Shown: positions 11,725 through 22,789 of the stretch, one piece after another
Numbering within the stretch: position 1 is the first letter of the stretch
How the letters are laid out: each line of letters opens with the position of its first letter
Assembly: GCA_963713605.1 (NCBI GenBank)
Contig: CAVQMO010000010.1
Coordinates: forward strand, 608,001 to 672,000
Origin: an uncultured Nitrososphaerales archaeon
GTDB taxonomy: Archaea; Thermoproteota; Nitrososphaeria; Nitrososphaerales; Nitrososphaeraceae
Direction: 5' to 3'
DNA length: 64,000 nt
The notes under the pieces: model-generated
Databases searched by the model: none
Told to the model about the DNA's origin: nothing
The model's input: the letters and a program-made list of their open reading frames with translations, nothing else
Program-made: the position numbers and the translations under genes

Positions 11725-12333
11725 TTGCTCAACCGATTGAGGGGTCAGATCGAACCTCTTTTGCTCAATATTGGAGAGGCGTTCTCCAAGATAAATCCCT
11801 CTCCTAACTTTTGGACGGGATTGAGTCTGATTACTTCTGTCATTGCGGCGGCAATTTATGGGAGTGCATCTGTGCTAGACCATCAATATTCTTATTATTT
11901 TTCTCTAGGAGGCGGAATATTCCTGATTATTTCAGGATTCTTTGACATGGTGGATGGGAGTGTTGCTCGCTTAACCAAAAAGACCTCCAAGAAGGGATCT
12001 TTCCTGGATTCAATGTATGATAAGATTTCAGAATCGATTGTTTATATAGGAATTGCAGTGGGAACCCTTGCTAACCCAATAACGTGCATGATCGCAATAT
12101 CACTCTCGCTTTTAGTAAGCTATGTTCGGGCGCGTTCAGAATCGCTTGGGGTTTCACTACAAGGGATTGGTATCGGTGAGAGAGCAGAAAGGCTTTTGTT
12201 ACTCGCCATTATTGGAATGCTGCCGCTATACGGATTTTCACAGTGGGCAATCATAATCGTATCGATAGTAGCCGGCTTTACATTAGTTCAGAGAGTATTG
12301 GAGGTAAACAAGCAACTATCACCGACGGGTTGA
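11725..12333 (+). CDS. CDP-alcohol phosphatidyltransferase (archaetidylinositol-phosphate synthase-like)
   Basis: DMVDGSVAR...GSFLDSMYDK signature; SYVRARSESLG; GIGERAER. Confidence 0.9.
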   Translation: MLNRLRGQIEPLLLNIGEAFSKINPSPNFWTGLSLITSVIAAAIYGSASVLDHQYSYYFSLGGGIFLIISGFFDMVDGSVARLTKKTSKKGSFLDSMYDKISESIVYIGIAVGTLANPITCMIAISLSLLVSYVRARSESLGVSLQGIGIGERAERLLLLAIIGMLPLYGFSQWAIIIVSIVAGFTLVQRVLEVNKQLSPTG

Positions 12334-12338
12334 AGTAA

Positions 12339-12626
12339 TTATCTTAATCTACCTGTACTCCTTCTTTCACTTTCAGATCTGACTTTTACAACTCCTCGAT
12401 GGACTGCGCAGGAGACACAATAGAATTTAACATCCGACGAAGGGGCGATATAAGCACCCTGGGCTTTTAACTCCTTTGCGAGAGTAGGTTCTACGAGGGT
12501 TACCCGACCAGTTACCTTCTTTGCCTTATCCCTAGGAACCATCGCCCCGCACTGACTACAATGCACCGTACCTGAACTTCCTTTTCCTCCCTTTGTTCTG
12601 CCCCTACTTGCCCTTTTCTTTGGCAT
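12339..12626 (-). CDS. rps26e: 30S ribosomal protein S26e
   Basis: MPKKRASRGR..., CSQCGAMVPRDKA, YCVSCAVH..VVKVRS. Confidence 0.97.
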   Translation of the reverse strand: MPKKRASRGRTKGGKGSSGTVHCSQCGAMVPRDKAKKVTGRVTLVEPTLAKELKAQGAYIAPSSDVKFYCVSCAVHRGVVKVRSESERRSTGRLR

Positions 12627-13075
12627 CCAATAGTTGCTACAAATGAGCTATCCTTTAAATCTTATCCTACCCCAAGATCTAAAGATTTGAATATCCAGGC
12701 GAGAGTGTTTATCTGGTTTATAGGATCATTCATACAATTCACTAAAAATTCAATGAATGTATATATCGCATTCGGTTACCTGCAGAAATCCGTCTAGTTA
12801 CTCTACAAAAAATGAGATGGATTGTTTGTCTATCATGTAAATGCCTATTTTGTAAAAGTTTCAACCCAGTTGATACATTTGTGCTCGTTCAGATCAAGAC
12901 GACACTCCTGTTCCCTCGATGAAATCTGATTACGCGGGTCTTAAGGCTGCTTTTCCCTCACAAAATACTTAGCTCTGAGAATTAATTTTATATTCCACAT
13001 CCGTCTGGACGCTTTGAATTCACGCACGATTCTTCATATTTAAATTGGACTTGCTTATGTGAATTATTAGTCCTC

Positions 13076-14081
13076 ATGAAGGTCGCTATTTCTGTGAATC
13101 AAGCGAGAGACTCGACACTACTTCATCAAATCAAGAAAGCCCTAGACTATGGTGGTTTCAGTGTTCAACTAATGAGAGATGGCGACTATCATGCCGCAAG
13201 GGATGTTGATCTCATCATCTCTGCTGGAGGTGATCGAGGGATTCTAGATTATTTTCATAAGATGGTTACAGATTCTGCCCCTGTCCTGGGAATATACGAA
13301 TCTGATTCGACAGGATTCCTTGCACAACTCGATGTTCGCGATCTAGAAGCATCTCTATCTCGAATAGACAAAGGAAACTTCGAGATCGACCAGGTGTTTA
13401 GAATTGCGGTGAAGGTAGATGGCAGGGAGGTAGAACCAGTACCTCAACGACGTGGCAGTATTCCCAAGTAAAAGTGCAACTCTAATGGAGCATGTTTTGA
13501 GAATAGATGATAAAACTGTCTGGCGTGACAACAGTGATGGCCTGATTCTGTCTACCCCAACTGGTTCCACTGCTTATTCAATGTCCGCTGGTGGTCCCAT
13601 GGTTTTACAGAAATCTCAGGTCTTCGTTGTGGTATCTGTTAATTCGTTGGACAACACGCGACGACCTTTGATAATCCCAAATGATACCACCGTAGAGGTG
13701 GCTGATATAGTTAGCAGGTATCATTGTGAAATTGTTCTTGATGGAGGCACTAGGATGGGAATTAAGAAATCGCTTCAATGCTCCAAACATCAGGTTCCAG
13801 CTAAATTAGTTAGACTCTCAGGAAATTCGTCAGTAATCTCCCTAATTGCCAAAAAAGTAAGACTTGCTGAGGATTTGTTGAGTATGCCACCAAGTGCAAA
13901 GTTGCTTCTGAAGACTTTAGAGTATGAAGGTGCCCTAAGTCAGAGAGATCTATCGACTCGGACTATGCTGCCAGAACGAACAGTGAGGTTAGCATTAAGG
14001 CATCTTCTCACGCGCGGCTATGTGAAAAAGAAGACTTCTCTTCGTGATGCCAGGCAGCGAATCTATGAGCTCAAGCTCTAG
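13076..14081 (+). CDS. nadK: NAD kinase fused to C-terminal winged HTH; frameshifted near 13445
   Basis: GGDRG, (L)ND, DGLILSTPTGSTAYSMSAGGP; C-terminal LSQRDLSTRTMLPERTVRLAL HTH. Confidence 0.88.
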
Positions 14082-15702
14082 CTGAGGCGGATTCTATAAA
14101 AGCCAAAAAACTCTTTTCTGGCTTTCCCAGCCTACTACTAAATTCAGAATGGTATTGTGTTGCGAAATAAAATTTGTGCTTTGGTATCTCCAATATTTCC
14201 GTGCGTTTGCCCCCATCTGAAAATCCAGATAATACCAATCCCCCTTTTTCCAAGGTTTCTAGATATCTTTGGTTAAGTTCATATCGGTGGCGGTGTCTTC
14301 CATAAATAGTGTTTGTATGGTAAATTTTCTCCGCCATAGTGCTCGTTCTGATAGTGACTTTATGACTTCCTAATCTCATAGAGCCTCCTAGTTTAACATT
14401 ATCCCGCTGCTCAGGCATAAATTCCACGATCGGATCTCTGACTTTCGGGTTTACCTCTACCGAGCTAGCCTCCCTAATTCCACAGGCATGCCTTGCAAAC
14501 GCAACCAAAGCGAGCTGAAATCCAAAACAGATTCCCAAGTAAGGTATATTTCTAGTCCTTGCGTATTCTGCGGTCCTAATAATTCCTTCACTCCCTCTTC
14601 TGCCGAAACCTCCAGGGACGACGATCCCATCAAATTTGTTTAAATATTCGATGCTGTGAAAGTTGTCAGTCTGCTCAAATCTTTCAGATTCGATCCATTC
14701 TACTTGCAGTTTCTTTCTAATCTGTGCCACTGAGTGTGATAAAGCATGATAGACGCTGACATAGCTGTCTGGAAGAGAAACATACTTGCCTACGACAGCT
14801 ATTACAACTGACCCCTTGTGATTGTAAAAACCTCTTGTAACTGATTTCCAATCACCCAAAAGAGGTTTTCTCCGTTTAAGCAATATCTTGTTACCTACGG
14901 CATTAACTATGTGCTGTTTTTGGAGCATCTCCGGAACGTTGTAGATCGAAGGAGCATCGTGACATGAAATTACATTTTGTTCTGGTACGCTTGCAAAGAG
15001 TGAAATCTTGTGTCTAACTTCTGAGGTTAAGGGTGTGGTACACCTGACTGCTAGTATGTCCGGTTGTATCCCAATTCTCCTTAGCTCTTGTACGCTGTGT
15101 TGTGTAGGTTTGGTTTTTTGTTCTCCGACTACATCTAAAACTGGTGCAAGGGTAACGTGAATTACAAGTGTATTGACATCTCCCACTTCCAATTCTAATT
15201 GCCTCAATGCTTCTAGAAATGGCAAGCTTTCAATGTCTCCGACTGTGCCACCACACTCAACAACGAGAATGTCTAGGTTATTTTCTCTTGATACCTCCCT
15301 TAATCTTTCCTTTATAGTATCCGTGATGTGAGGGATTATTTGCACACATTGGCCGAGATATTTCCCACCTCTCTCTGCTTGAATGACGTCCGAATATATC
15401 CTTCCAGTAGTTATGTTATGTTCTTTGGAAATTGAGATATCGAGAAAACGTTCATACGTTCCTAAGTCCATGTCGCATTCTCCTCCGTCTTCGGTGACAA
15501 ATACTTCACCATGAGCAGTTGGGTTCATCGTTCCAGCGTCATAGTTAATGTATGGATCTATCTTTACGCAGGAAACGTTGTAGCCACATAGCTGCAAGAG
15601 TTTGGCCACTGAGGCTGTAATTACTCCCTTACCTAAACCAGACATAACTCCGCCGGTAATGAAAATAAATTTACAATTTGTATTGTTCCTTTTAGACTGC
15701 AC
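14071..15702 (-). CDS. pyrG: CTP synthase
   Basis: TGGVMSGLGKG, KTKPTQHSV, GICFGFQ, RHRHRYE, TQYHSEF. Confidence 0.98.
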   Translation of the reverse strand: MQSKRNNTNCKFIFITGGVMSGLGKGVITASVAKLLQLCGYNVSCVKIDPYINYDAGTMNPTAHGEVFVTEDGGECDMDLGTYERFLDISISKEHNITTGRIYSDVIQAERGGKYLGQCVQIIPHITDTIKERLREVSRENNLDILVVECGGTVGDIESLPFLEALRQLELEVGDVNTLVIHVTLAPVLDVVGEQKTKPTQHSVQELRRIGIQPDILAVRCTTPLTSEVRHKISLFASVPEQNVISCHDAPSIYNVPEMLQKQHIVNAVGNKILLKRRKPLLGDWKSVTRGFYNHKGSVVIAVVGKYVSLPDSYVSVYHALSHSVAQIRKKLQVEWIESERFEQTDNFHSIEYLNKFDGIVVPGGFGRRGSEGIIRTAEYARTRNIPYLGICFGFQLALVAFARHACGIREASSVEVNPKVRDPIVEFMPEQRDNVKLGGSMRLGSHKVTIRTSTMAEKIYHTNTIYGRHRHRYELNQRYLETLEKGGLVLSGFSDGGKRTEILEIPKHKFYFATQYHSEFSSRLGKPEKSFLAFIESASARA

Positions 15703-16243
15703 ATCCAGGTTTTACAAATCTTATTAATAAACCAATATTGGTATGATAAACTTTTGATCCCAATGACAATCATGATGATCGTGAAGATATCCCGCTTTTC
15801 ATAACAGGGCTAGAGGCCAATGCTACCCAAAACGGCCAAGTCTTTCCCAGATTGGAGATGATCAAAGTGACGAAAAGCGTCACTTAGCCATACTAAAGGT
15901 GTGGTGATATTAATCTCCTTTCATCTATGGCTTAGGTCTTGGTCAGTTAACAATGATAGGATAATTACACTCAACTGACTAGATAGGCATCTATGTATTC
16001 TACTGATGATCGTCCTGTGGCTTGGCCGGCCACGATGAGTCCTACGTCTAATCCTGCCGTAAAAGGAGAATTAGTCGTGACAGATTAACGCCAACACTGC
16101 ACAGATAGTCGAAATGCATCTAAACCGTTGTCATTTTGAGCAACTTTGTCATATCGGGTAACCTCGTGATGAAGCTGTGTAGATAAATATGGATCTAGAC
16201 TGCTAACATAAAACCATTTTTTGACATTTTTGATATCCTTCTG

Positions 16244-16760
16244 TCAAAGGAGAATACTTTTGATTGCCTCGTGATCTCCAAGTAACGCGTTGATAAGTTT
16301 GTGTCTTTCTTCAGTGGGCATTCCCTCTGCAGATAGAGATGTATCCAGTGAATCAATAGCTTGAAGTTTCCATCGATTGTGGATTGCAAGTCCTATTGTA
16401 TTGTGGGTCTCATAGACCACCTTTCCAAGTGAAGTAAGAACAAATCTAGCTCCCTTCCTACGAATCAAACCTACCTCGCGGAAGCGGTTGATGCGCGAAT
16501 AATATTGCTTACGAGTCAGATTCATACGTGATATCAAAATCTCGGCGATGGGTTGCTGCTGCTCCTGTGATGGTCCATCTTCTGCTGCCTGATGCAGGAT
16601 TTGACGTGTTTGCAATGGTATTGAACAATGAGAGGGATTTGCTATCGGATACAGCAGAGAGCATTGATGAAAGTGTACTGATATCTGAGGCTGTTTGCTG
16701 ATATAAATTTTTGTTACCTTTCTTAGAAAGCGAGTCAAATACTCTCTGATTTAGGGACAT
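16244..16760 (-). CDS. Winged-HTH protein of a Nitrososphaeraceae-type family; frameshifted
   Basis: SDSKSLSLFNTIA ... LTRKQYYSRI..GLIRRKG.F.LTSLGKVVY ... WKLQAIDSL; paralog of 18017..18514. Confidence 0.7.
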
Positions 16761-16888
16761 TTGTCTTTAATGTTATGAGGGTTGAAGAAGGATATTTAAG
16801 TCTTGCTTAACTTAAGCAAAACCTACAAACATCACCCAACATCTATAAATACTCCTTGATAGACAACGGTTGACATAGGAAGGAGGGA

Positions 16889-17305
16889 ATGTTCACTACT
16901 ACTATGTCAATTCATTCATCATCAGTTCTTTCGATTACCAGAGTTAACTCAGCAATAAGAGATCTTATTGCCTTTCTTTTTGATCTATCCCCTTTGGATT
17001 TGGAAGTATTGCTATTCTTGATCAAGATCAATCCAGAGTCTAGTACTCTAGAAGAGTTGGCTAAGAAAGCAGATAGGGATAAAAGTACAACGTTTAGGTC
17101 TTTACAGAAACTAGTAAATCAACGCATTGTGAGTAAGGAAACTAGAACTTTGAAGGAAAGAGGGTACTACCATGTATATGCTTCAATAGATACGGAAAGT
17201 TTCAAGATAGAGACAGAAAAAAGAATAACAGAAATAAAAAGGAGTTTAGACAGAATGCTAAAGAACTTTGAAGTTGAACTAGATACGGCTTTGCAATCGT
17301 CATAA
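16889..17305 (+). CDS. HTH transcriptional regulator (TrmB/MarR-like archaeal family)
   Basis: FDLSPLDLEVL, TLEELAKKADRDKSTTFRSLQKLV, RGYYHVY. Confidence 0.82.
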   Translation: MFTTTMSIHSSSVLSITRVNSAIRDLIAFLFDLSPLDLEVLLFLIKINPESSTLEELAKKADRDKSTTFRSLQKLVNQRIVSKETRTLKERGYYHVYASIDTESFKIETEKRITEIKRSLDRMLKNFEVELDTALQSS

Positions 17306-18016
17306 CAAGCTAATCTTAGTATTTCTAGAGGGAGGTACTACATATTCCAATGTGGTATCCTAGGTGAGGCTGTTTTCTGCTTTCGAAAAAGAAATCACGG
17401 CTAAATCGTCTTCTATTTCTGCGAATATCTGCGGATACCCGACCCCTTTAGCTTGTTTTCATCAGTTGGGTGGCGATCGAATATCGTCAGTAGATGGTGA
17501 CGGAGTAGGAGGAAGAGGGATAAATTTTGAACATTCTGTCGTATCCATATCAGATCGTCCTGGATCCTTAACGCATTATTCGGCAAGACTCTGAAGCATT
17601 AGTACGGAGTCAATATCCTCAAGAACTGCGCAGATATACGAGAGAAGAACAGAAGCGGCGGTAACAGCATTGGCCGAATCAGCACTTTCATTTGTCTTAT
17701 TCGGGAAAGTTTTGTTTGGGATTGCCAGGATGAGTTAAGTTGGAGTAGTGTTAGTCGGTGAATATAGGCATCTCTTCTAAGATTACAGAACATTATTACA
17801 GAATGGCTTTACCTTTGAGCATACCGCAACGTATTTCTTCCGATTATCTTGTAGCCGCTCTCACAAAATAATGCTGTTGCCTTTTTGTGCAGAGTTTACC
17901 GTAGGAGTATCCGGTTAACACGTCTGAGCCTTATCACCTAACACATGACAAATTGCTCTATAGGTTTAACTTCCTACCAGTGGTAGTTGTTGTTGATCTT
18001 GTCGTTGTTGTTATTA

Positions 18017-18514
18017 TCATAATACCTTCATCCCCATCTTCTTTGAAGAAGGTACTGCTTCTACTACAACTGCTGCTCGTGCTCCTGTTGCCATCACCTT
18101 CTCACTATATTTGTCTTGTGAAGACTGGGAAAGGATCTCCCTTATTTCCTCATTGTCTATAAGCAAGTTCATAATCTTAACAAGCTCGTCTTGTACAGGA
18201 GAAGCTGAATTCATTTCCAGGGAGTCGATTGCCTTGAGCTTCCATTGACAACTTACACCTTGTCCTATTAGTTTCTGAGCCTTGTACACAACCTTTCCGA
18301 ATGAAGTTACCCTATACGTTCCCTTCTCTCTCTTTATTAGTCCTGCGGATAGCATACCAAACATTCTAGAATAATACTGTCGTTTAGTGAATCCTAACTT
18401 TTTCAAGATGCTATGAGGATCCAGATCCTGATGAGCTATCATCTCAAATAAAATCAACGTTTTATCGTCGGAGAGTGCTTTTAGAGATCTTTCCACCGTC
18501 ACTGATCGTTCCAT
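18017..18514 (-). CDS. Winged-HTH protein, paralog of 16244..16760
   Basis: SDDKTLILFEMIA, FTKRQYYSRM..AGLIKREKG.Y.VTSFGKVVY, WKLKAIDSL. Confidence 0.75.
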   Translation of the reverse strand: MERSVTVERSLKALSDDKTLILFEMIAHQDLDPHSILKKLGFTKRQYYSRMFGMLSAGLIKREKGTYRVTSFGKVVYKAQKLIGQGVSCQWKLKAIDSLEMNSASPVQDELVKIMNLLIDNEEIREILSQSSQDKYSEKVMATGARAAVVVEAVPSSKKMGMKVL

Positions 18515-18808
18515 TATCGCATTTACATTTAAGGTTAAAAATGAGTTAATATTTACTAGACATTGTATCTTGGTTTTTACGTCAATAGGGTAAATATATC
18601 CTTTTTTAAAAAAAATGAGTGGGACTTGAGTTCTTTTTACATATTTAGGCTACTCTCCCAAATCAGCGGAATCACATAATCATGCCATGCAAGGGAAAGT
18701 AGACAGAGAAACGAAACATCCTGTTACTGTCTGGATTTAATACTAATCACTATATGATGGGCTATTAGTCGAAAGCAGTCAGACAATCTATAGATTCTTC
18801 GGAGGCTC

Positions 18809-19279
18809 TTAGTTGCAAAGCGATAGCCTAAAAGAATCAAGTATATCATCGTGTGATGTTTGCTGTTTGCTGTTTGTCCAGCTTCCATCATCTAACATAA
18901 CTGCTGATCGCAGAGATACTATCAGCTTCTGCAACGAAGGATGGATCTTGGTGAATCTCTTGGACATTAGCATATAGGTCCACTGTAGCATCTGTTTATG
19001 TTTCTTCTGAAAGTTGACTGGAATGATTTGCATGTCTCCGGTCCTCATATTCCATGAATCTTCATTTATTCTTTCAAAGAAGGGAGCAACGTTATTGCTG
19101 CGTCAATGTCTGACGTTGCCGATTAGACCTAGATACTTTAAGTTATACTCCCTCTCAAATGACGGAGATGCTTTCGCTGCTTGGATCTCCTTTGCCGTAT
19201 AGATCTTGTCTAATCCGTAAGTATAATCCAAGAACAGACGACGATATAGACATGTAGACTCTGGTTCCTTTTCAGATGA
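18809..19279 (-). pseudogene. Remnant of a phage-type terminase large subunit (internally deleted)
   Basis: Manual translation EKEPESTCLYRRLFLDYTYGLDKIYTAKEIQAAKASPSFEREYNLKYLGLIGNV, then IIPVNF..HKQML..IHPSLQKLIVSLRSAV..TSHDDILDSFRLSL; HDDxxDxxR is the terminase nuclease C-terminal motif. Confidence 0.6.
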
Positions 19280-19620
19280 TGGGAAAATAAGTTCGCTTAG
19301 GGTGATCTTCGATCCACGACCTTACCTTCAGCGGCAAGGCGATAGTTAGTTTTGGTATGCGTTGAATGGAAGCCATCAGTAACCAAGTAAATCCTTGATC
19401 GCTCGTCGGACTTATTTCCAAAGCTATTTTCTTGAGCGTGTTTTTGACCAGAAATAACCTCAACTTGATCGTTGGGCAATGTCGAACTTATGCTTTGGTA
19501 TCATTTATTATACGTATATCCGTCTTACAAATCTTATTATTATTCCTTTTTTTTGTTACAAACGTACTCGTTAGTTAGTTTGTGAGTATAATTGTATGAC
19601 AATTGCGGGCGGGTTTAGGT

Positions 19621-19911
19621 TCAATAGAGGTGCTCCTCTACATATCCTACGTTCAGAAAAAATGTGGTTAGGTGATGAATATACTCATTATCTTTATTTA
19701 GGCTGTAGACGGAGTTAGCAAGTCTGCTTTCATTTACCCACCCTATGGATTTGAGATCATGGAGATTCCTCTTGATATCTTCTCTCTTCAGATGAGTCTT
19801 TTTTTGCAATGCATAAATCGTGAGCATCCTAGGTTCCTCTGTCAAGGCTTTCAATATCTTCACCCTTCCAATACTTCCTAACCCAATTTCCACAGTCTCT
19901 ACGGCGTTCAT
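19621..19911 (-). CDS. Small winged-HTH protein downstream of cdc6
   Basis: LGSIGRVKILKAL...LTIYALQKKTHLKREDIKRNL..L.SIGWV. Confidence 0.8.
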   Translation of the reverse strand: MNAVETVEIGLGSIGRVKILKALTEEPRMLTIYALQKKTHLKREDIKRNLHDLKSIGWVNESRLANSVYSLNKDNEYIHHLTTFFLNVGYVEEHLY

Positions 19912-19924
19912 TTGTGTTCGTTAA

Positions 19925-21091
19925 TTAATGTCGTCGTGTTAGCTTTACTTTTCTTTGAATCATTGACTCAAGCTCTTCCAAAGATTGAGATGGTATTCCT
20001 ATATCTCTTAATGAGTTCACTTCAATAATTTTTCTAGCGTGAAGATCATGCAAATGGTCTTCTATGTCTAGTTTTTTTAATTTGAATTCTTGCATCAGTT
20101 CCATCGAAGAAAGTCGTATCTCCTTAAGTTCTGCATAGTGTCTCTTTTTCATTCGCAAAGTTCTAACGAGGGCCAGTAACGTATACGTCTGATTCATTGA
20201 TAGATCGTTAAAGTCTTCAGGGGTCATAGAGGGCATTATTCTGCCATACACTTCCCTTATCTGGTCAAGTGTTATTCTGCCCGTAGCTCGCGCCTCGGCA
20301 AGATTTCCTGCATAGAGAAGTAAATCTAGCGCAAACCGTATGTCACTATTGTTGTGCGGCATTATCGTCATCTTTGCTATTTCATCGATCATGTCCGATC
20401 CGATAGCTGTGTCATTAAATGCTTCAGAGCATCTCTTGACCAATATATCAGTAACCTGTTCAAGAGTGTATGGAAAAAATTCCATTGGAAATCGACCAAG
20501 TGTGCTTATTTCAGCTTGGTCCAGTTTACCGTGGAATTCTTTGCTTCTGGCAATGAATATTACTCCTTTCACATCACATGAACTGTCAGGTTCGAATTCA
20601 TTGAGTCTTGTCAAATCATAGATTATTCCAGTATCTTTCGTAGTCTTAATTAAATAGTCAATTTCATCTAATACAATTAGACCATACTTCTTCTTCAGAT
20701 GAAGATGATGTAAAAGATATCGAAGCATTTCCTCCGCACTAAGGCCCTGTGAAGGTAAATCAGGTGCAAATTTTTCTAATAAAAATCTGTAAATACCATA
20801 CTTGTTGCCGCCCTGGAGCTTCAAATTTACATAGGCTACATTGAGTGAATGTCCGTGATTATCAAATTCTTCGGCCACAATCTTCGAAGCCTTGAGAACG
20901 CTAGATGTTTTTCCGAGTCCAGCAGGACCAATCAGCTGTATTATAGAAAGAGGGAATTTATCCGGGTTTGTGTATGACTCTTTAAAAACATCTCTGATCC
21001 TGTTTATCTCTCTTTCTCTATGAGGGAGCTCTGTTGGAATATACCTAGGCGATAGCTTAGATCTATCTTTGAATATTATGCTCTCTGACAT
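19925..21091 (-). CDS. cdc6: Cdc6/Orc1 family AAA+ ATPase
   Basis: LSPRYIP..LPHRE, Walker A GPAGLGKT, Walker B IVLDEID, F.PYT..Q..DIL..R, DIRFALDLL. Confidence 0.93.
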   Translation of the reverse strand: MSESIIFKDRSKLSPRYIPTELPHREREINRIRDVFKESYTNPDKFPLSIIQLIGPAGLGKTSSVLKASKIVAEEFDNHGHSLNVAYVNLKLQGGNKYGIYRFLLEKFAPDLPSQGLSAEEMLRYLLHHLHLKKKYGLIVLDEIDYLIKTTKDTGIIYDLTRLNEFEPDSSCDVKGVIFIARSKEFHGKLDQAEISTLGRFPMEFFPYTLEQVTDILVKRCSEAFNDTAIGSDMIDEIAKMTIMPHNNSDIRFALDLLLYAGNLAEARATGRITLDQIREVYGRIMPSMTPEDFNDLSMNQTYTLLALVRTLRMKKRHYAELKEIRLSSMELMQEFKLKKLDIEDHLHDLHARKIIEVNSLRDIGIPSQSLEELESMIQRKVKLTRRH

Positions 21092-21511
21092 AGTGGATTA
21101 TCCAGAATACCCATAACTGTGATATAATATTACTTGCCGTACTAATTAGACTTGATCAAAATTCAACTAATTCACAATCACTATTTATGAGAAAACATAC
21201 CTCTCTATCCACAAACATCTCATCGATTACGTGGCGGTAATCTTCATCCCTCTTAAAGGTCAGTTCGCCCGTCAGGCGCCACGTTTATCTAACTGTGTTA
21301 ATCAGTTACTCAGTATTAAATTTAACTTTGATAAAAACAAAAATCATTAATCCGTCCTCAAAATATTGAGGCAAATAAAAACGAAAGTATTCAAATATCA
21401 TGCACTTGGCCCCAAGCAGTGAAGAGATGAAGGTTCTCCCTTGAAAAAGTGCAGGTAATTCGAGAATATGAGGCACTAGTAGGTTGCTTCGTTTTTTGGA
21501 CGAAGCAGATA

Positions 21512-21757
21512 TTACTTGGTCGGCACACTCGATACCGAAGTTTCATTCAGATAATATTCTCTTGCACCTACGAAAATCTTGTAATAGCACTCGTTTACAT
21601 CTTCCAAGGTAAGATCAGCATGCTTGTTAGCAGCCCTAGCAGTACAATTGAAATATTTAGTCAAGGCGAGCGCAGGCACTACTGTGCTAAAGACTACGGC
21701 GCATACTAACGCAGCTGACACTATTGCCAGCAATGTGGATTTTCTTGTGAGGCTCAT
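21512..21757 (-). CDS. Small secreted hypothetical protein with Cys pair
   Basis: Signal-peptide-like N-terminus (..VVPALA), YFNC...VNECY. Confidence 0.65.
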   Translation of the reverse strand: MSLTRKSTLLAIVSAALVCAVVFSTVVPALALTKYFNCTARAANKHADLTLEDVNECYYKIFVGAREYYLNETSVSSVPTK

Positions 21758-22021
21758 ATTGATGAGCTTATTCTATTTGTTTTATAAGAAATATGTAGAC
21801 AGGTTCTATGAGAAAGTACATTAATGAATATCGAGGTACCTTTGACAAGGACTATTTTCTGCTCCCAATTAATCATCTAATAAATTGAAACGTACTCACG
21901 CTATAATAGGAATATCAAATCGTTTTTTACACTAGACACTAAAGGTCTAAACTGATTTAAACACCCTTTAAAAAACTGAGTCACAGGTTCGTTCACGCTA
22001 CACCCGGCAAGGGCATCATCT

Positions 22022-22150
22022 TCATGTCCTTATGACCGTTGTATGGATATCAGAAGATAGTGCTCCAGTCGACACGCCTACTCCTGCCACGATAAGTCCC
22101 GCCTCGCCTCGTGAGATCATTCCAATTCCGACCCTGAATGCTATCATCTT
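22022..22150 (-). pseudogene. Fragment of a cation:proton antiporter (CPA2/Kef) C-terminal region
   Basis: RVGIGMISRGEAGLIVAGVG..GALS..I motif with no rest of gene. Confidence 0.6.
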
Positions 22151-22306
22151 GTCTTTCAAAAATATGATTGAGGAAAAGTCCACATCTACCGCGAATGAAA
22201 CAATATCAATATAATTCAAGAAGGATGTCATAGATGAGATTGGTTTGTACTAGTAGATATATACTGAATTTTCTAATAGTCTGTTTTTCTAATAATCTGT
22301 CAATAA

Positions 22307-22531
22307 ATGACGTATAGTCTTTATAAGAACGCTAATGAGGATGAGCAAAGAAGTGTAATAGTATTGTCTACAACGGCAGGAGCAAGGCTGTATGCTATCT
22401 GGAAGCAGAAGAAGGACCGATGGTATATTGAGTCAAGGAATGAAAGGAATACAGGTAACGTGGTGGTGGATATACTTACCCCGCGCCAATTTCAAGATGC
22501 GATCGAGAAGGGATATTACTTCTTTGAGTAA
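22307..22531 (+). CDS. Hypothetical protein
   Basis: 74-aa ORF with ATG start and protein-like composition. Confidence 0.45.
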   Translation: MTYSLYKNANEDEQRSVIVLSTTAGARLYAIWKQKKDRWYIESRNERNTGNVVVDILTPRQFQDAIEKGYYFFE

Positions 22532-22789
22532 GATCTATCGCCTATGTATTCACTGATGATTAGATCTCTCCCCTTCGATGTTATTATATAGGCCCCGCTT
22601 GTGTTCTGCCTAATCCATCCTGTGTCCCTAAAAAAATCCAAGACCTCTAAAACAAGTTTGTCATCGTAATCAAGCGCTTCTGTCATTCTTTCAATACCCG
22701 TCGTGATCCTTTACAAGACTTGAAAGAAGATATTTTGCCATGTCTAGGCCTATTAGTTCACGAATACTGGCGACTTGGTCACGTATCAC
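22516..22789 (-). CDS. Small winged-HTH-like protein, frameshifted (not in ORF track)
   Basis: Manual translation ..GIERMTEALDYDDKLVLEVLDFFRDTGWIRQNTSGAYIITSKGRDL.. (wHTH wing YxITxKG). Confidence 0.45.

Noticed and set aside
21092..21500. Replication origin next to cdc6
   Set aside because: AT-rich, but I could not identify repeated ORB or mini-ORB motifs on either side
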